From the NCBI GenBank assembly GCA_050251055.1, contig JBFWNL010000002.1:351961-415960 (forward strand): 64,000 bases of DNA. Direction: 5' to 3'. The notes beneath the pieces are model-generated. The model did not search any database and was not told where the DNA came from. It saw only the letters and a program-made list of their open reading frames with translations. Position numbers and translations under genes: made by a program. This DNA comes from Bacteriovoracia bacterium. Its GTDB lineage: Bacteria > Bdellovibrionota > UBA1018 > JBFWNL01. Of the stretch, positions 28,903-37,977 are shown piece after piece (position 1 is the first letter of the stretch; each line of letters starts with the position of its first letter).

Positions 28903-29682
28903 ATGATCCCTCCCAACTTCGCCCCCGAAACCTGGTCGACGCGCTTTCACGCGAAGGCCGCTGAAATCTGTGCGGCCACGGTCGATCCATCCCATGATCT
29001 CGCACATCTTTCGCGCGTCGTGCGGGTGGCGCGGGAAATCTGCGCGCTCGAAGGCGCCCGCTGGGAAGTCGTTTTGCCCGCCTCATACTTCCACGACTTC
29101 GTCTTGGTAGAAAAAAACGACCCTCGACGGCGAGAGGCCTCGCGTCTTTCCGCCACCGCCGCGACCCAATGGCTGCGCGAGCAAGGTTATCCCGAACCGA
29201 TTTTGCCGGAAGTTGCCCACGCCATCGAAGCGCATAGCTATAGCGCCGGCATCCCCCCGCGCACGCTGGAGGCAAAGATCGTACAGGACGCTGATCGTCT
29301 CGATGCCTTGGGCTCGATCGGCGTCATGCGCGCTTTTTCGATGGGAGGCCGTCTGAACCGGCCCTTCTATTCGGTTCGTGACCCCTTCTGCGTGAATCGC
29401 GCGCCAAACGACGGCGAATTCACGCTCGATCACTTTTACGCGAAACTCTTGAAGTTGGAGGCGTCTCTCCAGACGGATTCCGCGCGCGAGATCGCGGGGA
29501 CCCGCATGCGCTTCATGCGCGACTTTCTCGCCCAACTCGCGCGGGAAGTCGGATCAGAACCGGAAGGTGATCCCGACGAGCGTCAACTCGTGACTAAGCT
29601 CGGCGCGGATCCCCAGGTTGTCCTGGAAGTAGTAAACCGCGCCCGCCCCGAAGCGGGGGTGGAAGCGAAAAATATTTCCTAG
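28903..29682 (+). CDS. HD-domain phosphohydrolase (YedJ-like)
   Basis: H...HD...D metal-binding pattern (SHDLAHLSRV ... QDADRLDALG). The 3' end overlaps a convergent outer-membrane-protein gene by 128 nt. Confidence 0.6.
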   Translation: MIPPNFAPETWSTRFHAKAAEICAATVDPSHDLAHLSRVVRVAREICALEGARWEVVLPASYFHDFVLVEKNDPRRREASRLSATAATQWLREQGYPEPILPEVAHAIEAHSYSAGIPPRTLEAKIVQDADRLDALGSIGVMRAFSMGGRLNRPFYSVRDPFCVNRAPNDGEFTLDHFYAKLLKLEASLQTDSAREIAGTRMRFMRDFLAQLAREVGSEPEGDPDERQLVTKLGADPQVVLEVVNRARPEAGVEAKNIS

Positions 29683-30168
29683 GCTCGACCCACCGGAAAT
29701 CCCCCCAAAGCCGCCCAACGCAAAGACCGTCCAGCGCTCGCTGTGCACGAAATCCCAGCGAAGATGCAGGCTGTACTCAAAGCCCGTCCCACCGTTCAGA
29801 AAAAGCGCACCCAGTTCGCCCTCAACAAATAGCTGGTTATTGATATCGGGGATAAAGCCCCGCTCCATTACCCGCACGGCTCCGGCGAAAATCAGGCCGA
29901 CCCCGGCCTGGCCGTCAACCAAGCCCAACCCGGTCATCGCGCCCACGTTCACGGGGTAAGCAGGTGACATTCCTTTCCAAGCCTCGGCGCTGCCCGAGGT
30001 TTCCGTGACCATCGACTTCATGACGGTGGTCGTAGTGCTCGTTTGCGTGCGGGTCGTACGCGGGGTGTTCGGCTGAGTGACGTGCACCGTGGTCGGCTCT
30101 TCCGCCCGGGTCACGCCCACCCCCATAGAAACCAAAACCAGAAAAATGGAAACTTGCTTTGTCGGCAT
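29554..30168 (-). CDS. Small outer-membrane beta-barrel protein (OmpW/OmpA-like 8-strand barrel)
   Basis: Signal peptide MPTKQVSIFLVLVSMGVGVTRA, a Thr-rich linker, and beta-strand-pattern segments ending ...GITFRF. Confidence 0.6.
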   Translation of the reverse strand: MPTKQVSIFLVLVSMGVGVTRAEEPTTVHVTQPNTPRTTRTQTSTTTTVMKSMVTETSGSAEAWKGMSPAYPVNVGAMTGLGLVDGQAGVGLIFAGAVRVMERGFIPDINNQLFVEGELGALFLNGGTGFEYSLHLRWDFVHSERWTVFALGGFGGISGGSSLGNIFRFHPRFGAGAVYYFQDNLGIRAELSHELTLVGITFRF

Positions 30169-30283
30169 CGCGCCCCCCGAGTTATAACCTGCGTTGATCC
30201 TTCAGGTATCGCGCGACTTCCCGCGCTCGGCAAGCGAATTGATCGCTTAGCACGGAAGGGCAGGCGGTCGTGGTAGCCGCAAG

Positions 30284-30937
30284 CTACTCGACGACCTGTT
30301 GATGGCGATCGAGCAAGTTCTTGAGAATCGCTGCGGTCGCGCCCCAAATGTGAAATTTTTGGTAACGAAACACGTGCGTCGGCAGCCGGATCGTCCCGGT
30401 TTGAAACCACTCCTGCGAGTAAATCTCGCCCCCCGCGAGCTCCGCCCACGGCAACCAAAACACCTCTTCAATCTCGTGACGGCTAATATGCAATGACACT
30501 TCCTCGATCGGACGTTTCAGTCGCGCCAAGTAAGGCGTAATCCAGGTCCCCGTGGCAAGGGTGGCAAGCTTGGGCAGTCTCCCTAAAATTTCCAATTCGG
30601 TGGCAGCGATACCCACCTCTTCCGCGGTCTCACGCAAAGCCGTCGAGGCAAGATCGGTGTCCTCGGGATCCCTCATCCCCCCAGGTAGGGCAACCTGACC
30701 CTTGTGAGACTCCACCGTGTGCGTGCGAAGCGTGAGAAGCAGCCGGGGGGCGCCGGGCGAGACCGCGCTTTCACCAAAAACGACCAGCACGGCCGCTTGG
30801 CCAAACTCCTCCGGAAAATCGGGTTGCGCGCGCTTACGGTGGACGAGCATCTCCCGAAACGAATCCTCTCCCGCGCGATCCAGATAAGGCAGGTCGAGGG
30901 TTAGCGCCGATCGAATTTTTCCAAAGAAATCCGACAT
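30284..30937 (-). CDS. NUDIX hydrolase (CoA pyrophosphatase-like)
   Basis: Nudix box GGMRDPEDTDLASTALRETAEEVGI. Confidence 0.75.
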   Translation of the reverse strand: MSDFFGKIRSALTLDLPYLDRAGEDSFREMLVHRKRAQPDFPEEFGQAAVLVVFGESAVSPGAPRLLLTLRTHTVESHKGQVALPGGMRDPEDTDLASTALRETAEEVGIAATELEILGRLPKLATLATGTWITPYLARLKRPIEEVSLHISRHEIEEVFWLPWAELAGGEIYSQEWFQTGTIRLPTHVFRYQKFHIWGATAAILKNLLDRHQQVVE

Positions 30938-31002
30938 CTGATACCTATACGCCCGCCCGCCCGATTGCGCAATGTGGCCCCCTATGCTACCCCCGGCTCT
31001 CC

Positions 31003-32034
31003 ATGAAGTTTCGTGAAATCGTGCAAAACCCCCGCCGGCAGCATTGTCTCCGCGTCCGAGCCCACGTGGAACAGGCTACCCGCGATTACTTTCGAGAAGC
31101 CGGTTTTTGGGAAACCCGCACGCCGCTCTTGGTGCCGTCGCCCGGCATGGAACCCCACATCCGCCCCTTTCAAGTGACGGGGCACGGACATGGCTTTACC
31201 CGCCCGGTCTTCTTGCCCACTTCGCCCGAGTTCGCGATGAAGCGATTGCTCGCCGGCGGCCTGGAAAAGATCTTTCAGATCGCGCCCGCTTTCCGTGACG
31301 AACCGGTTTCGCCGATACACCACCCCGAGTTCACCATGCTCGAATGGTACCGCGCACGCGCCCCGCTCGATGCTCTGATGGCGGACGTGGAGGCGCTCTT
31401 TCGACGTTGGGCGGGGAAAGATCACTTCACTTACCAAGGTAAGGAAATTTCCCTAGGTGGGCCTTGGCCTCGCCGACGCACGCGGGAGCTCTTTCAAGAA
31501 TATCTGGGCATCGATTTAGGACGCGCGACTTCCGCCGACCTTAGCCACGCCTGCACCGGGCTGGGGCTCCCTCGAAACGAGACCGATACATGGGATGACC
31601 TCTACTTCAAGCTGTGGCTGAACCAGATCGAACCAAAACTGCCGACGGACCGCCCGCTCTTCGTCACGCACTATCCGGAGTCCCAGGCCGCGCTCGCCCG
31701 CGTGGAACCGGACGCCGACGGCACCCGATGGGCGCAGCGCTTCGAAGTTTACGTTGGCGGCTTCGAGCTCGCCAACGCCTTCCATGAGCTCACCGACCCC
31801 CAGGAGCAACGCCGGCGCTTTGCCGCCGACATGGAGCTGCGCGCGCGCATCTACGGGGCGGATTTTCCGAAGACCCCGGTCGATGACGGCTTCTTACAAG
31901 CTCTAGACGAAGGACTGCCCGAATCCAGCGGCATCGCGCTCGGCTTGGACCGGGCAATCCTCCTCCTAGCGGACGAAACAGACATCGACTACGCATGCTG
32001 GCTTCCGCCCTTCCGGCCGGAGTCGGCGACCTAA
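31003..32034 (+). CDS. epmA: Elongation factor P lysyl-transferase (truncated class II LysRS paralog)
   Basis: Class II aaRS catalytic core motifs (FRDE, GGFELANAFHEL, GLDR) without an anticodon-binding domain. ~343 aa, the typical EpmA/PoxA size. Confidence 0.75.
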   Translation: MKFREIVQNPRRQHCLRVRAHVEQATRDYFREAGFWETRTPLLVPSPGMEPHIRPFQVTGHGHGFTRPVFLPTSPEFAMKRLLAGGLEKIFQIAPAFRDEPVSPIHHPEFTMLEWYRARAPLDALMADVEALFRRWAGKDHFTYQGKEISLGGPWPRRRTRELFQEYLGIDLGRATSADLSHACTGLGLPRNETDTWDDLYFKLWLNQIEPKLPTDRPLFVTHYPESQAALARVEPDADGTRWAQRFEVYVGGFELANAFHELTDPQEQRRRFAADMELRARIYGADFPKTPVDDGFLQALDEGLPESSGIALGLDRAILLLADETDIDYACWLPPFRPESAT

Positions 32035-32040
32035 CGCCGC

Positions 32041-32577
32041 TTAGTCGAAAACCATCGCGAATAAAAATCCGTCGAAGATCCTTCCGTCCTTACGGTAATG
32101 CTTACGCAGGCGGCCTTCCTGCATGAAACCGGCCTTCTCGAGCACCCGGGTCGACTTCGGATTGTACTCAAACACGTGCGCGGTGATGCGCACGAGCCCA
32201 AGCTCGCGGTGCGCGAAGGCGGTGAGCGCCTTCACGACCGTGGTCATGGTGCCACGCCCCCAGTGGGGCTTACCCAACCAGTAACCGATCTCGGCCTGGT
32301 GTCCTCCCGGCTCGAAATCAGCAAGACCAATCCCTCCTATCAGCTCACCCGCTCGATTGCGGATGGCCCAATTCACCGGATGCCCCAGCTTCACCTCGCG
32401 CTCACGACAAATCCGCAAGAACGCAAAGGCGTCGTCGGCATGATAGGGAAACGGGATCCGGAGCGTATTCCGGTAGATCTCGTGCTCCTTCAAATACTCG
32501 ACATAGGCCCCACAATCACGTTCACGCGGGACATCCAAATACAACTCCTCATTTACTTCGATCGTTTCGTACTTCAA
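32041..32577 (-). CDS. GNAT family N-acetyltransferase (RimJ/RimL-like)
   Basis: GNAT motifs A and B (IGYWLGKPHWGRGTMT; VFEYNPKSTRVLEKAGF). Confidence 0.75.
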   Translation of the reverse strand: MKYETIEVNEELYLDVPRERDCGAYVEYLKEHEIYRNTLRIPFPYHADDAFAFLRICREREVKLGHPVNWAIRNRAGELIGGIGLADFEPGGHQAEIGYWLGKPHWGRGTMTTVVKALTAFAHRELGLVRITAHVFEYNPKSTRVLEKAGFMQEGRLRKHYRKDGRIFDGFLFAMVFD

Positions 32578-32596
32578 CGGTCCTCCTTTCCATCAA

Positions 32597-32812
32597 CTAG
32601 AACAGCTGCTTTTCCCAAGCTTTGAGCTGCTGCTCCACCTTGATCTTTTCTAACTCCGTCCCGGCCCGAAGCGCGGCGTTCAAAAACTCGAACGGACCGG
32701 GGGGAGGCGGCCATTCCGGCCACCCGCGTTTGCTTTTCCTCGCGATCTGCTTCCGCCAACTCTGTAGAAAGTTTTCCGCGAAAAAATTTTCATTTTTAAT
32801 CCCGAACCACAT
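32597..32812 (-). CDS. Small protein (71 aa), paralogous 5' end to the 35-aa ORF upstream
   Basis: AGGAGG Shine-Dalgarno 6 nt before the ATG. N-terminus MWFGIKN. Coiled-coil-like basic C-terminus. Stop 20 nt before the GNAT start. Confidence 0.4.
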   Translation of the reverse strand: MWFGIKNENFFAENFLQSWRKQIARKSKRGWPEWPPPPGPFEFLNAALRAGTELEKIKVEQQLKAWEKQLF

Positions 32813-32835
32813 ATTGCCTCCTGTTTACGAACACA

Positions 32836-32882
32836 CCGCCGCCTGCACGCACGCGTGCCTCTGCCCGCGCCCGAGGCGGCGG
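32836..32882 (-). other. GC-rich hairpin (8-bp stem ccgccgcc/ggcggcgg, 31-nt loop with internal gcacgcgtgc palindrome) between the two small ORFs
   Basis: Direct inspection. On the minus-strand transcript it is followed by GUGUGUUCGU, a possible leaky terminator or attenuator. Confidence 0.35.
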
Positions 32883-32976
32883 AACTACATATCCGCAGAC
32901 GAAAACGATCGCGAAATGCGAACGAAACCCGCCGTGCGGTTAAAAAATGCTTTGAATTTTAATGATTAAGCCGGGA

Positions 32977-33084
32977 TCAGACGCCCGATTGATCGTGAGA
33001 CGAAGAATCGGAGGTCACGTCCATATCGGTAGTGAGTACCGGGCATTTTGCCTGCTTCTGGATATTTTTAATTCCGTAAATCAT
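32977..33084 (-). CDS. Small ORF (35 aa, MIYGIKNIQKQAKCPVLTTDMDVTSDSSSHDQSGV) with its own promoter and strong Shine-Dalgarno
   Basis: AAAGGAGGAA Shine-Dalgarno 7 nt before the ATG. Upstream TTGTCA-N17-TATTCT promoter. Not in the ORF track (<60 aa). Confidence 0.35.
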   Translation of the reverse strand: MIYGIKNIQKQAKCPVLTTDMDVTSDSSSHDQSGV

Positions 33085-33119
33085 GGTCGCTTCCTCCTTT
33101 CACGAGAAATACTGAAACC

Positions 33120-33148
33120 AGAATAAGCGAAGTGCGCGCGTTTGACAA
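33120..33148 (-). promoter_or_regulatory. Candidate sigma70 promoter (TTGTCA-17-TATTCT) driving the 35-aa ORF
   Basis: Revcomp of plus tgacaa (33143-33148) and agaata (33120-33125) with exactly 17-nt spacing. Confidence 0.4.
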
Positions 33149-33179
33149 TCGCAATTAATAAAAACTGCGAAAAAAAAGC

Positions 33180-35039
33180 CTAAAACAAGGCGGCTTGGTA
33201 CCGGTAAAGCCGCGCGTACAATCCGTCGGACGCGATAAGCTCGGGGTGATTGCCTTTTTCCGTAAGCATTCCCTGATGTAACACCAAAATCACATCCGCA
33301 TTTTTCACCGTCGCCAGCCGGTGCGCGATGATGATTCGAGTGGGCTTGAAGACGACCTCGCTCGTCTTGGGCATCCGCAAGCTGCGCTCCAGGCGAGCCA
33401 TCATCTCGTCCTCCGACTGCGAATCGACGTTCGCGGTGGCTTCATCCAAAACCCAGATGCGGGGATCCACGGCCTCGGCACGCGCGAAGGAAAGCACCTG
33501 GCGCTGTCCGGAAGACAGATTTGTTCCGCGCTCGTTCAAGGATTGATCGGGATTCTCCAAATCCGCGAGGGCGGCGGCGGCGCACGGAACCTCCGCTTCC
33601 TCACGAAAAAGCAGAAGGTTCTCACGAACGGTTCCGGAAAACAGGAACACGTCTTGTTGAACCAATCCGAAGCTCGCGCGCAAACGGCGCTTATCGTACT
33701 CGCGGATGTCCTTTCCGTCGATCAAGATACGCCCTCGTTGAGGCTCGTAAAACCTCATCAGCAACGAGATCAGCGTCGTCTTGCCCGATCCGGTCGGGCC
33801 CACCACGCCCACGGCGGACCCTGCGGGGATTTTTAGTGAAAAATCACGTAGCACCCAGTGCTCGCCCAGGTAGGCGAACCAAACCCCGTCGAATTCAATT
33901 TCTCCCCGCAGGTCAGGCAGCGGCAACGCGCGGGCGGCTGCCCCATCGGAATCGGGTTCCCGGGTCCACCGGAAAATGGAAAAGGTACGCTCCGCCGAAG
34001 CCATGCCCGACAAAAAGACATTCCACTTGTCCACCAGGTCGTTCACCGGCTCGAAAAGCGCGAGCACGTAAGAAAAGAACGCAACCAAGACCCCGAGCGG
34101 GATTTCTTTCTGCAGGGCCATGCCACCGCCGTACCAAACCATCAACGCCATGGTTCCGCCCATGCACACGGTAATGGAAGGGCGAAACAACGCCATGATT
34201 CGCACCGAACCGAACTGGGCATCGGCGTAACGCTGATTCAGGCGCCCGAAGGCGGCGAATCGCGCCGCCTGTCGGTTAAAGAGATGAATGACCCGCATGC
34301 CCTGAAAAGTCTCAGCTAAAAACGAGTTTAGCGCGGATAACTTCGCGCGGGACTCGCGATAAGCGACCTTCAACTTCAAGCTGAAATAAACCGTCATCAC
34401 CAGCAAGAGCGCGAAGGTGAACCAAGCGATCACCCCCAGTCGGAAATGCAAAGCCGCCATGCTGCCCAAAATACCGAGCACGACGAAAATGTTGCCGGCG
34501 GCGGTAACGAATCCGGAAGTGAACAAATCCGCGATCGACGAGATGTCGTTCGTCACCCGCGTAACGAGGCGTCCCCCGGGAACCCGGTCATAGGTGGAAT
34601 TGGGTAGCTTCTGAAGATGCGAAAACAGATCCGTCCGCAGCGTGTGCATGATCTTCTGCCCCAGGACCGCGAAGAGATACGTGCTCACGATCGTGGCGGT
34701 CACCCGGGTCACCTCAAACGCAAGGTACCAACGAATGATCTGCCGCAGGCGTGCTCCGTTTTTTGGGACCAGGCCTTCGTCGATCGCGTATCCCAACCAA
34801 CGCGGCAGCGACAGCGCGCAGAAAGTGGACACGAGGACCGCCGCGATCGCCGCGAAGAAAACCCACTTGAATCGAGCACCATACGAAAGCAAACCCTTAA
34901 CCGCGCGCCGCCAGCTCGCGTCCAAGCCTCGCGCCGAGCCGGTCTCCGCCTCGTCGTCATCGCCGTTCAAAAACCGATCCAGGTCAGCGCTCAAGCGGCG
35001 CCTCCCCGGGGTTTCCCGACGTTCCCGATTGGGAAGCAA
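33180..35039 (-). CDS. ABC transporter, fused permease/ATP-binding subunit (heterodimeric exporter partner B)
   Basis: 6-transmembrane domain plus nucleotide-binding domain with Walker A GPTGSGKTT, signature LSSGQRQVLSFARA, Walker B VLDEATANVD. The annotated start overlaps the upstream gene by 56 nt, so the true start may be an internal TTG (34970). Confidence 0.8.
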   Translation of the reverse strand: MLPNRERRETPGRRRLSADLDRFLNGDDDEAETGSARGLDASWRRAVKGLLSYGARFKWVFFAAIAAVLVSTFCALSLPRWLGYAIDEGLVPKNGARLRQIIRWYLAFEVTRVTATIVSTYLFAVLGQKIMHTLRTDLFSHLQKLPNSTYDRVPGGRLVTRVTNDISSIADLFTSGFVTAAGNIFVVLGILGSMAALHFRLGVIAWFTFALLLVMTVYFSLKLKVAYRESRAKLSALNSFLAETFQGMRVIHLFNRQAARFAAFGRLNQRYADAQFGSVRIMALFRPSITVCMGGTMALMVWYGGGMALQKEIPLGVLVAFFSYVLALFEPVNDLVDKWNVFLSGMASAERTFSIFRWTREPDSDGAAARALPLPDLRGEIEFDGVWFAYLGEHWVLRDFSLKIPAGSAVGVVGPTGSGKTTLISLLMRFYEPQRGRILIDGKDIREYDKRRLRASFGLVQQDVFLFSGTVRENLLLFREEAEVPCAAAALADLENPDQSLNERGTNLSSGQRQVLSFARAEAVDPRIWVLDEATANVDSQSEDEMMARLERSLRMPKTSEVVFKPTRIIIAHRLATVKNADVILVLHQGMLTEKGNHPELIASDGLYARLYRYQAALF

Positions 35040-36873
35040 GCTGCTCCGTGTAGCTCTCGAGTTCCGCCGCTAAGCGCTGTTGATCGTAAAAGCGGCGATA
35101 GAGACCCGCACGTTCCCGCAAGAGCGCGGCGTGCCGGCCCGCTTGAACCACCTCGCCGCCATCGAGCACGTAGATCTGATCGGCGTCTTGAATGGTAGAG
35201 ATCCGGTGCGCGGCTACGATCTGCGCCATTGCTCCCGCTCCATCACCCGCGCGCAGGGAACCCAAGATCTTCGATTCTGTCTCCACGTCGACCGCCGACA
35301 ATGCGTCGTCGAGTACCAGCACCGGTGGCCGGCGCGCCCACGCCCGCGCCAGCGTGATCCGTTGCTTTTGGCCCCCCGAGAGATTCACACCCCGCTCACC
35401 GAGCATCGTCTGGTAGCCATTGGGTAAGCGCGCGATGTCGCCGTCGACCGCCGCCAACCGCGCAAACCGTTCCGCCCATGCCAACCGGCCCGTGGGATCG
35501 TCTAATCCGGCTAGGCCTAGCGCGATGTTCTCGGCGACGCTATCGCTAAAGAGAAAAACATCCTGGGAAACAAATCCGATCTGTGCGCGCAGCTCCGCGA
35601 GCGGCCAACGGTTTACGTCTACGCCGTCCAGAAAGACCTGCCCATCCGCCACCGGGTAAAGACGCGGGAGCGTGGAGAGAAGCGCTGTTTTTCCCGAGCC
35701 GATCCGGCCCAGGAGCGCGACGCGCTGACCGGGCTCCACCGTAATGGATACGTCCTTCAAAACCGGGCGGCCGCCTCCCGATTCGCGCGGGCCCGCCGGA
35801 AACGCGAAATTCAAGCGGCGCCACTCTACGCGACCCTTGGCGCGCCCACCGGATACCCAGCGGGTGGGCAGACTCGGGGTCGCGTCTTCCGGCACATCCG
35901 TCCGTTCGGCCATCACCTCGGCCACGCGTTTGCCGCTCGCCACTGCGCGCTGGTAAATCGTGACTGTGACGCCGATGGCGGCCATGGGCCAGATCATCTT
36001 TTGTATGTAACGCTGGAACGCGACGAAGGTTCCGATCGTCACCACGTCGCCGATCACCAGTGGGCCGCCGAATGCGAGTAGGCAAACCAACCCCAGGCTC
36101 ATGATGAAATCAAGACTGGGGTCGAACGCGCTCTGCACGCGTGCCAGGCGGAGGCTTTTGGCCGCATAGTCACGTCCCGCGCGGGCGAACCGTCCCAGCT
36201 GAGCATCCTCGTTCGCAAACGCGCGCACCAAACGGATGCCCATGATGTTCTCTTGAGCGAGCGCGGCCACCTGCGCGAAGGATTCCTGAACTGCGCCAAA
36301 GCGCGCGTGGATCTGGCGCTCGAACCAATAAACGATGAAAGGAATAAACGGCAACGGCAGGAATGCGATCAGGGTAAGCTTCGGTGAAAGCCAAAGCATC
36401 GCCGCCGTGATGGTCACGAGGTAAAAAACCGCATCGGCTAGTACGATCACGCCCGCCCCGATGGCCATGCGAATCGCTTCGGTATCGTTCGTGGCGAGCG
36501 ACATGAGATCGCCGATACGACGTCGATCGTAGAAGCTTGGGGAAAGGTCCACCAAGTGCCGCGCGAAAGAGGCGCGGATATCCCTCCCCGAAAGCATGCT
36601 CGTACGCACCAAGGTCATGCGCCAAAAGTACCGACAAACCGCCTGGACCAAGACTACGCCCAAGTAAATCAGGGAAAAAACCGCGAGCTTGGCGAATAGC
36701 CCCGCCGATTCGGGAAGTATCACCAGATCGACGGTTTCCTTAAGGAGAAGCGGAGGAATGATCTCGAGCGTATCGACCACGATCAGCGCAAATAATCCCG
36801 CGGCGACGAATCCCTTATACTTCCAAAGGTAGTGGCGAATGAGGCGGCTCTCGTCCAAGAAACGGCGAATCAC
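34984..36873 (-). CDS. ABC transporter, fused permease/ATP-binding subunit (heterodimeric exporter partner A)
   Basis: Transmembrane domain plus nucleotide-binding domain with Walker A GRIGSGKTAL, signature LSGGQKQRITLARA, Walker B VLDDALSAVD. No C39 peptidase domain. ATGA overlap with the rluA-family gene. Confidence 0.8.
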   Translation of the reverse strand: MIRRFLDESRLIRHYLWKYKGFVAAGLFALIVVDTLEIIPPLLLKETVDLVILPESAGLFAKLAVFSLIYLGVVLVQAVCRYFWRMTLVRTSMLSGRDIRASFARHLVDLSPSFYDRRRIGDLMSLATNDTEAIRMAIGAGVIVLADAVFYLVTITAAMLWLSPKLTLIAFLPLPFIPFIVYWFERQIHARFGAVQESFAQVAALAQENIMGIRLVRAFANEDAQLGRFARAGRDYAAKSLRLARVQSAFDPSLDFIMSLGLVCLLAFGGPLVIGDVVTIGTFVAFQRYIQKMIWPMAAIGVTVTIYQRAVASGKRVAEVMAERTDVPEDATPSLPTRWVSGGRAKGRVEWRRLNFAFPAGPRESGGGRPVLKDVSITVEPGQRVALLGRIGSGKTALLSTLPRLYPVADGQVFLDGVDVNRWPLAELRAQIGFVSQDVFLFSDSVAENIALGLAGLDDPTGRLAWAERFARLAAVDGDIARLPNGYQTMLGERGVNLSGGQKQRITLARAWARRPPVLVLDDALSAVDVETESKILGSLRAGDGAGAMAQIVAAHRISTIQDADQIYVLDGGEVVQAGRHAALLRERAGLYRRFYDQQRLAAELESYTEQLASQSGTSGNPGEAPLER

Positions 36874-37841
36874 GGCGAGGCCCCCTCGATGATCTCGGCG
36901 AAGTCCTTCGGTACAGGACTTTCGATCGCCATTCTTTCACCCTTCAGCGGATGCGCGAACTCCAAACGCGCGGCGTGCAGCAGGATGCGTGGGACCGCAG
37001 GCTGGGCGGGCGCCCCATACAGGCGATCCCCTAAAATAGGGAGCCCGTGCTCGGCGAGATGCACACGAATCTGATGCATGCGGCCCGTTCGCGGCTGCGC
37101 TTCGATGAGATAGACCCGAGCATCCCCTAGTTTCAGCGCACGGAGGCAATGAAACGAAGTTTCGGCGTAGTCGCCGCCCGACTTCACGCCGGACATCTTA
37201 GCTGGCCGCTTAGAGGTGCCCTTGGATTTCTTCAAATGATTCTTTAGCACCCAACGGCCGGGATCGCGACCCCGGGCGGACCCCATCCGGGTGTCCACGC
37301 AAAGCGCGACGTAAGTCTTCTGCAACGTATGGCTTGCGAACTGATCGGCGATCGAGGAGTTCGCCGCCTTGTCTCGGGTGAAAAGAATTACCCCCGAGGT
37401 ATCTCGATCCAACCGGTGATGAAGCCCCACGTAGGCGCCCGCTCCCCACGTAGCTTCGCAGTAACGCTGGACTTCCCGATACAGATTCGACCGGGCGTCG
37501 TCCAGAGTGGGCTGGGTCGGCACCCCCGCCGGCTTATCTACTATAATGATGGCGTCGTCGACGAAGAGCACGCGCTCGGGCGTAAGTTTGAACTCCACCC
37601 GCGCGGGCGTCTTGAGCTTCTGCTCATCGAGGTAAACTTGGAGCTTGGCGCCGGGAAGCAGGGGCTTGGAGGCGATCCGCACTCGCTTGCCGTTGAGATA
37701 GACGGCGCCGGCCACGATCAGCTTACGCACGGAAGACTTGGAAAACTCGCGCCCCAATTCGGCGGGCAGCCAGGTAGCCAGAGCCTGGTCAAGCCGCGAG
37801 CCGCGGAGAGATTCGGGGACGGAGAATTCGAGGCGCTTCAC
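36870..37841 (-). CDS. RluA-family pseudouridine synthase with N-terminal S4 domain
   Basis: HRLDRDTSGVILF catalytic-Asp motif. S4-like N-terminus. Confidence 0.75.
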   Translation of the reverse strand: MKRLEFSVPESLRGSRLDQALATWLPAELGREFSKSSVRKLIVAGAVYLNGKRVRIASKPLLPGAKLQVYLDEQKLKTPARVEFKLTPERVLFVDDAIIIVDKPAGVPTQPTLDDARSNLYREVQRYCEATWGAGAYVGLHHRLDRDTSGVILFTRDKAANSSIADQFASHTLQKTYVALCVDTRMGSARGRDPGRWVLKNHLKKSKGTSKRPAKMSGVKSGGDYAETSFHCLRALKLGDARVYLIEAQPRTGRMHQIRVHLAEHGLPILGDRLYGAPAQPAVPRILLHAARLEFAHPLKGERMAIESPVPKDFAEIIEGASP

Positions 37842-37977
37842 CAGAGCGGTTTACTCCAAATAGTGGGGGTTTTCCAGCTGGAAGCCCGCGCGGGCTGGGC
37901 GGGATTTGCCTACCTCGGGCCCTCCGAGTCCGCGATTTTCCAATACGGATCGGTATGTTACACTCAAGTCATCAGCC

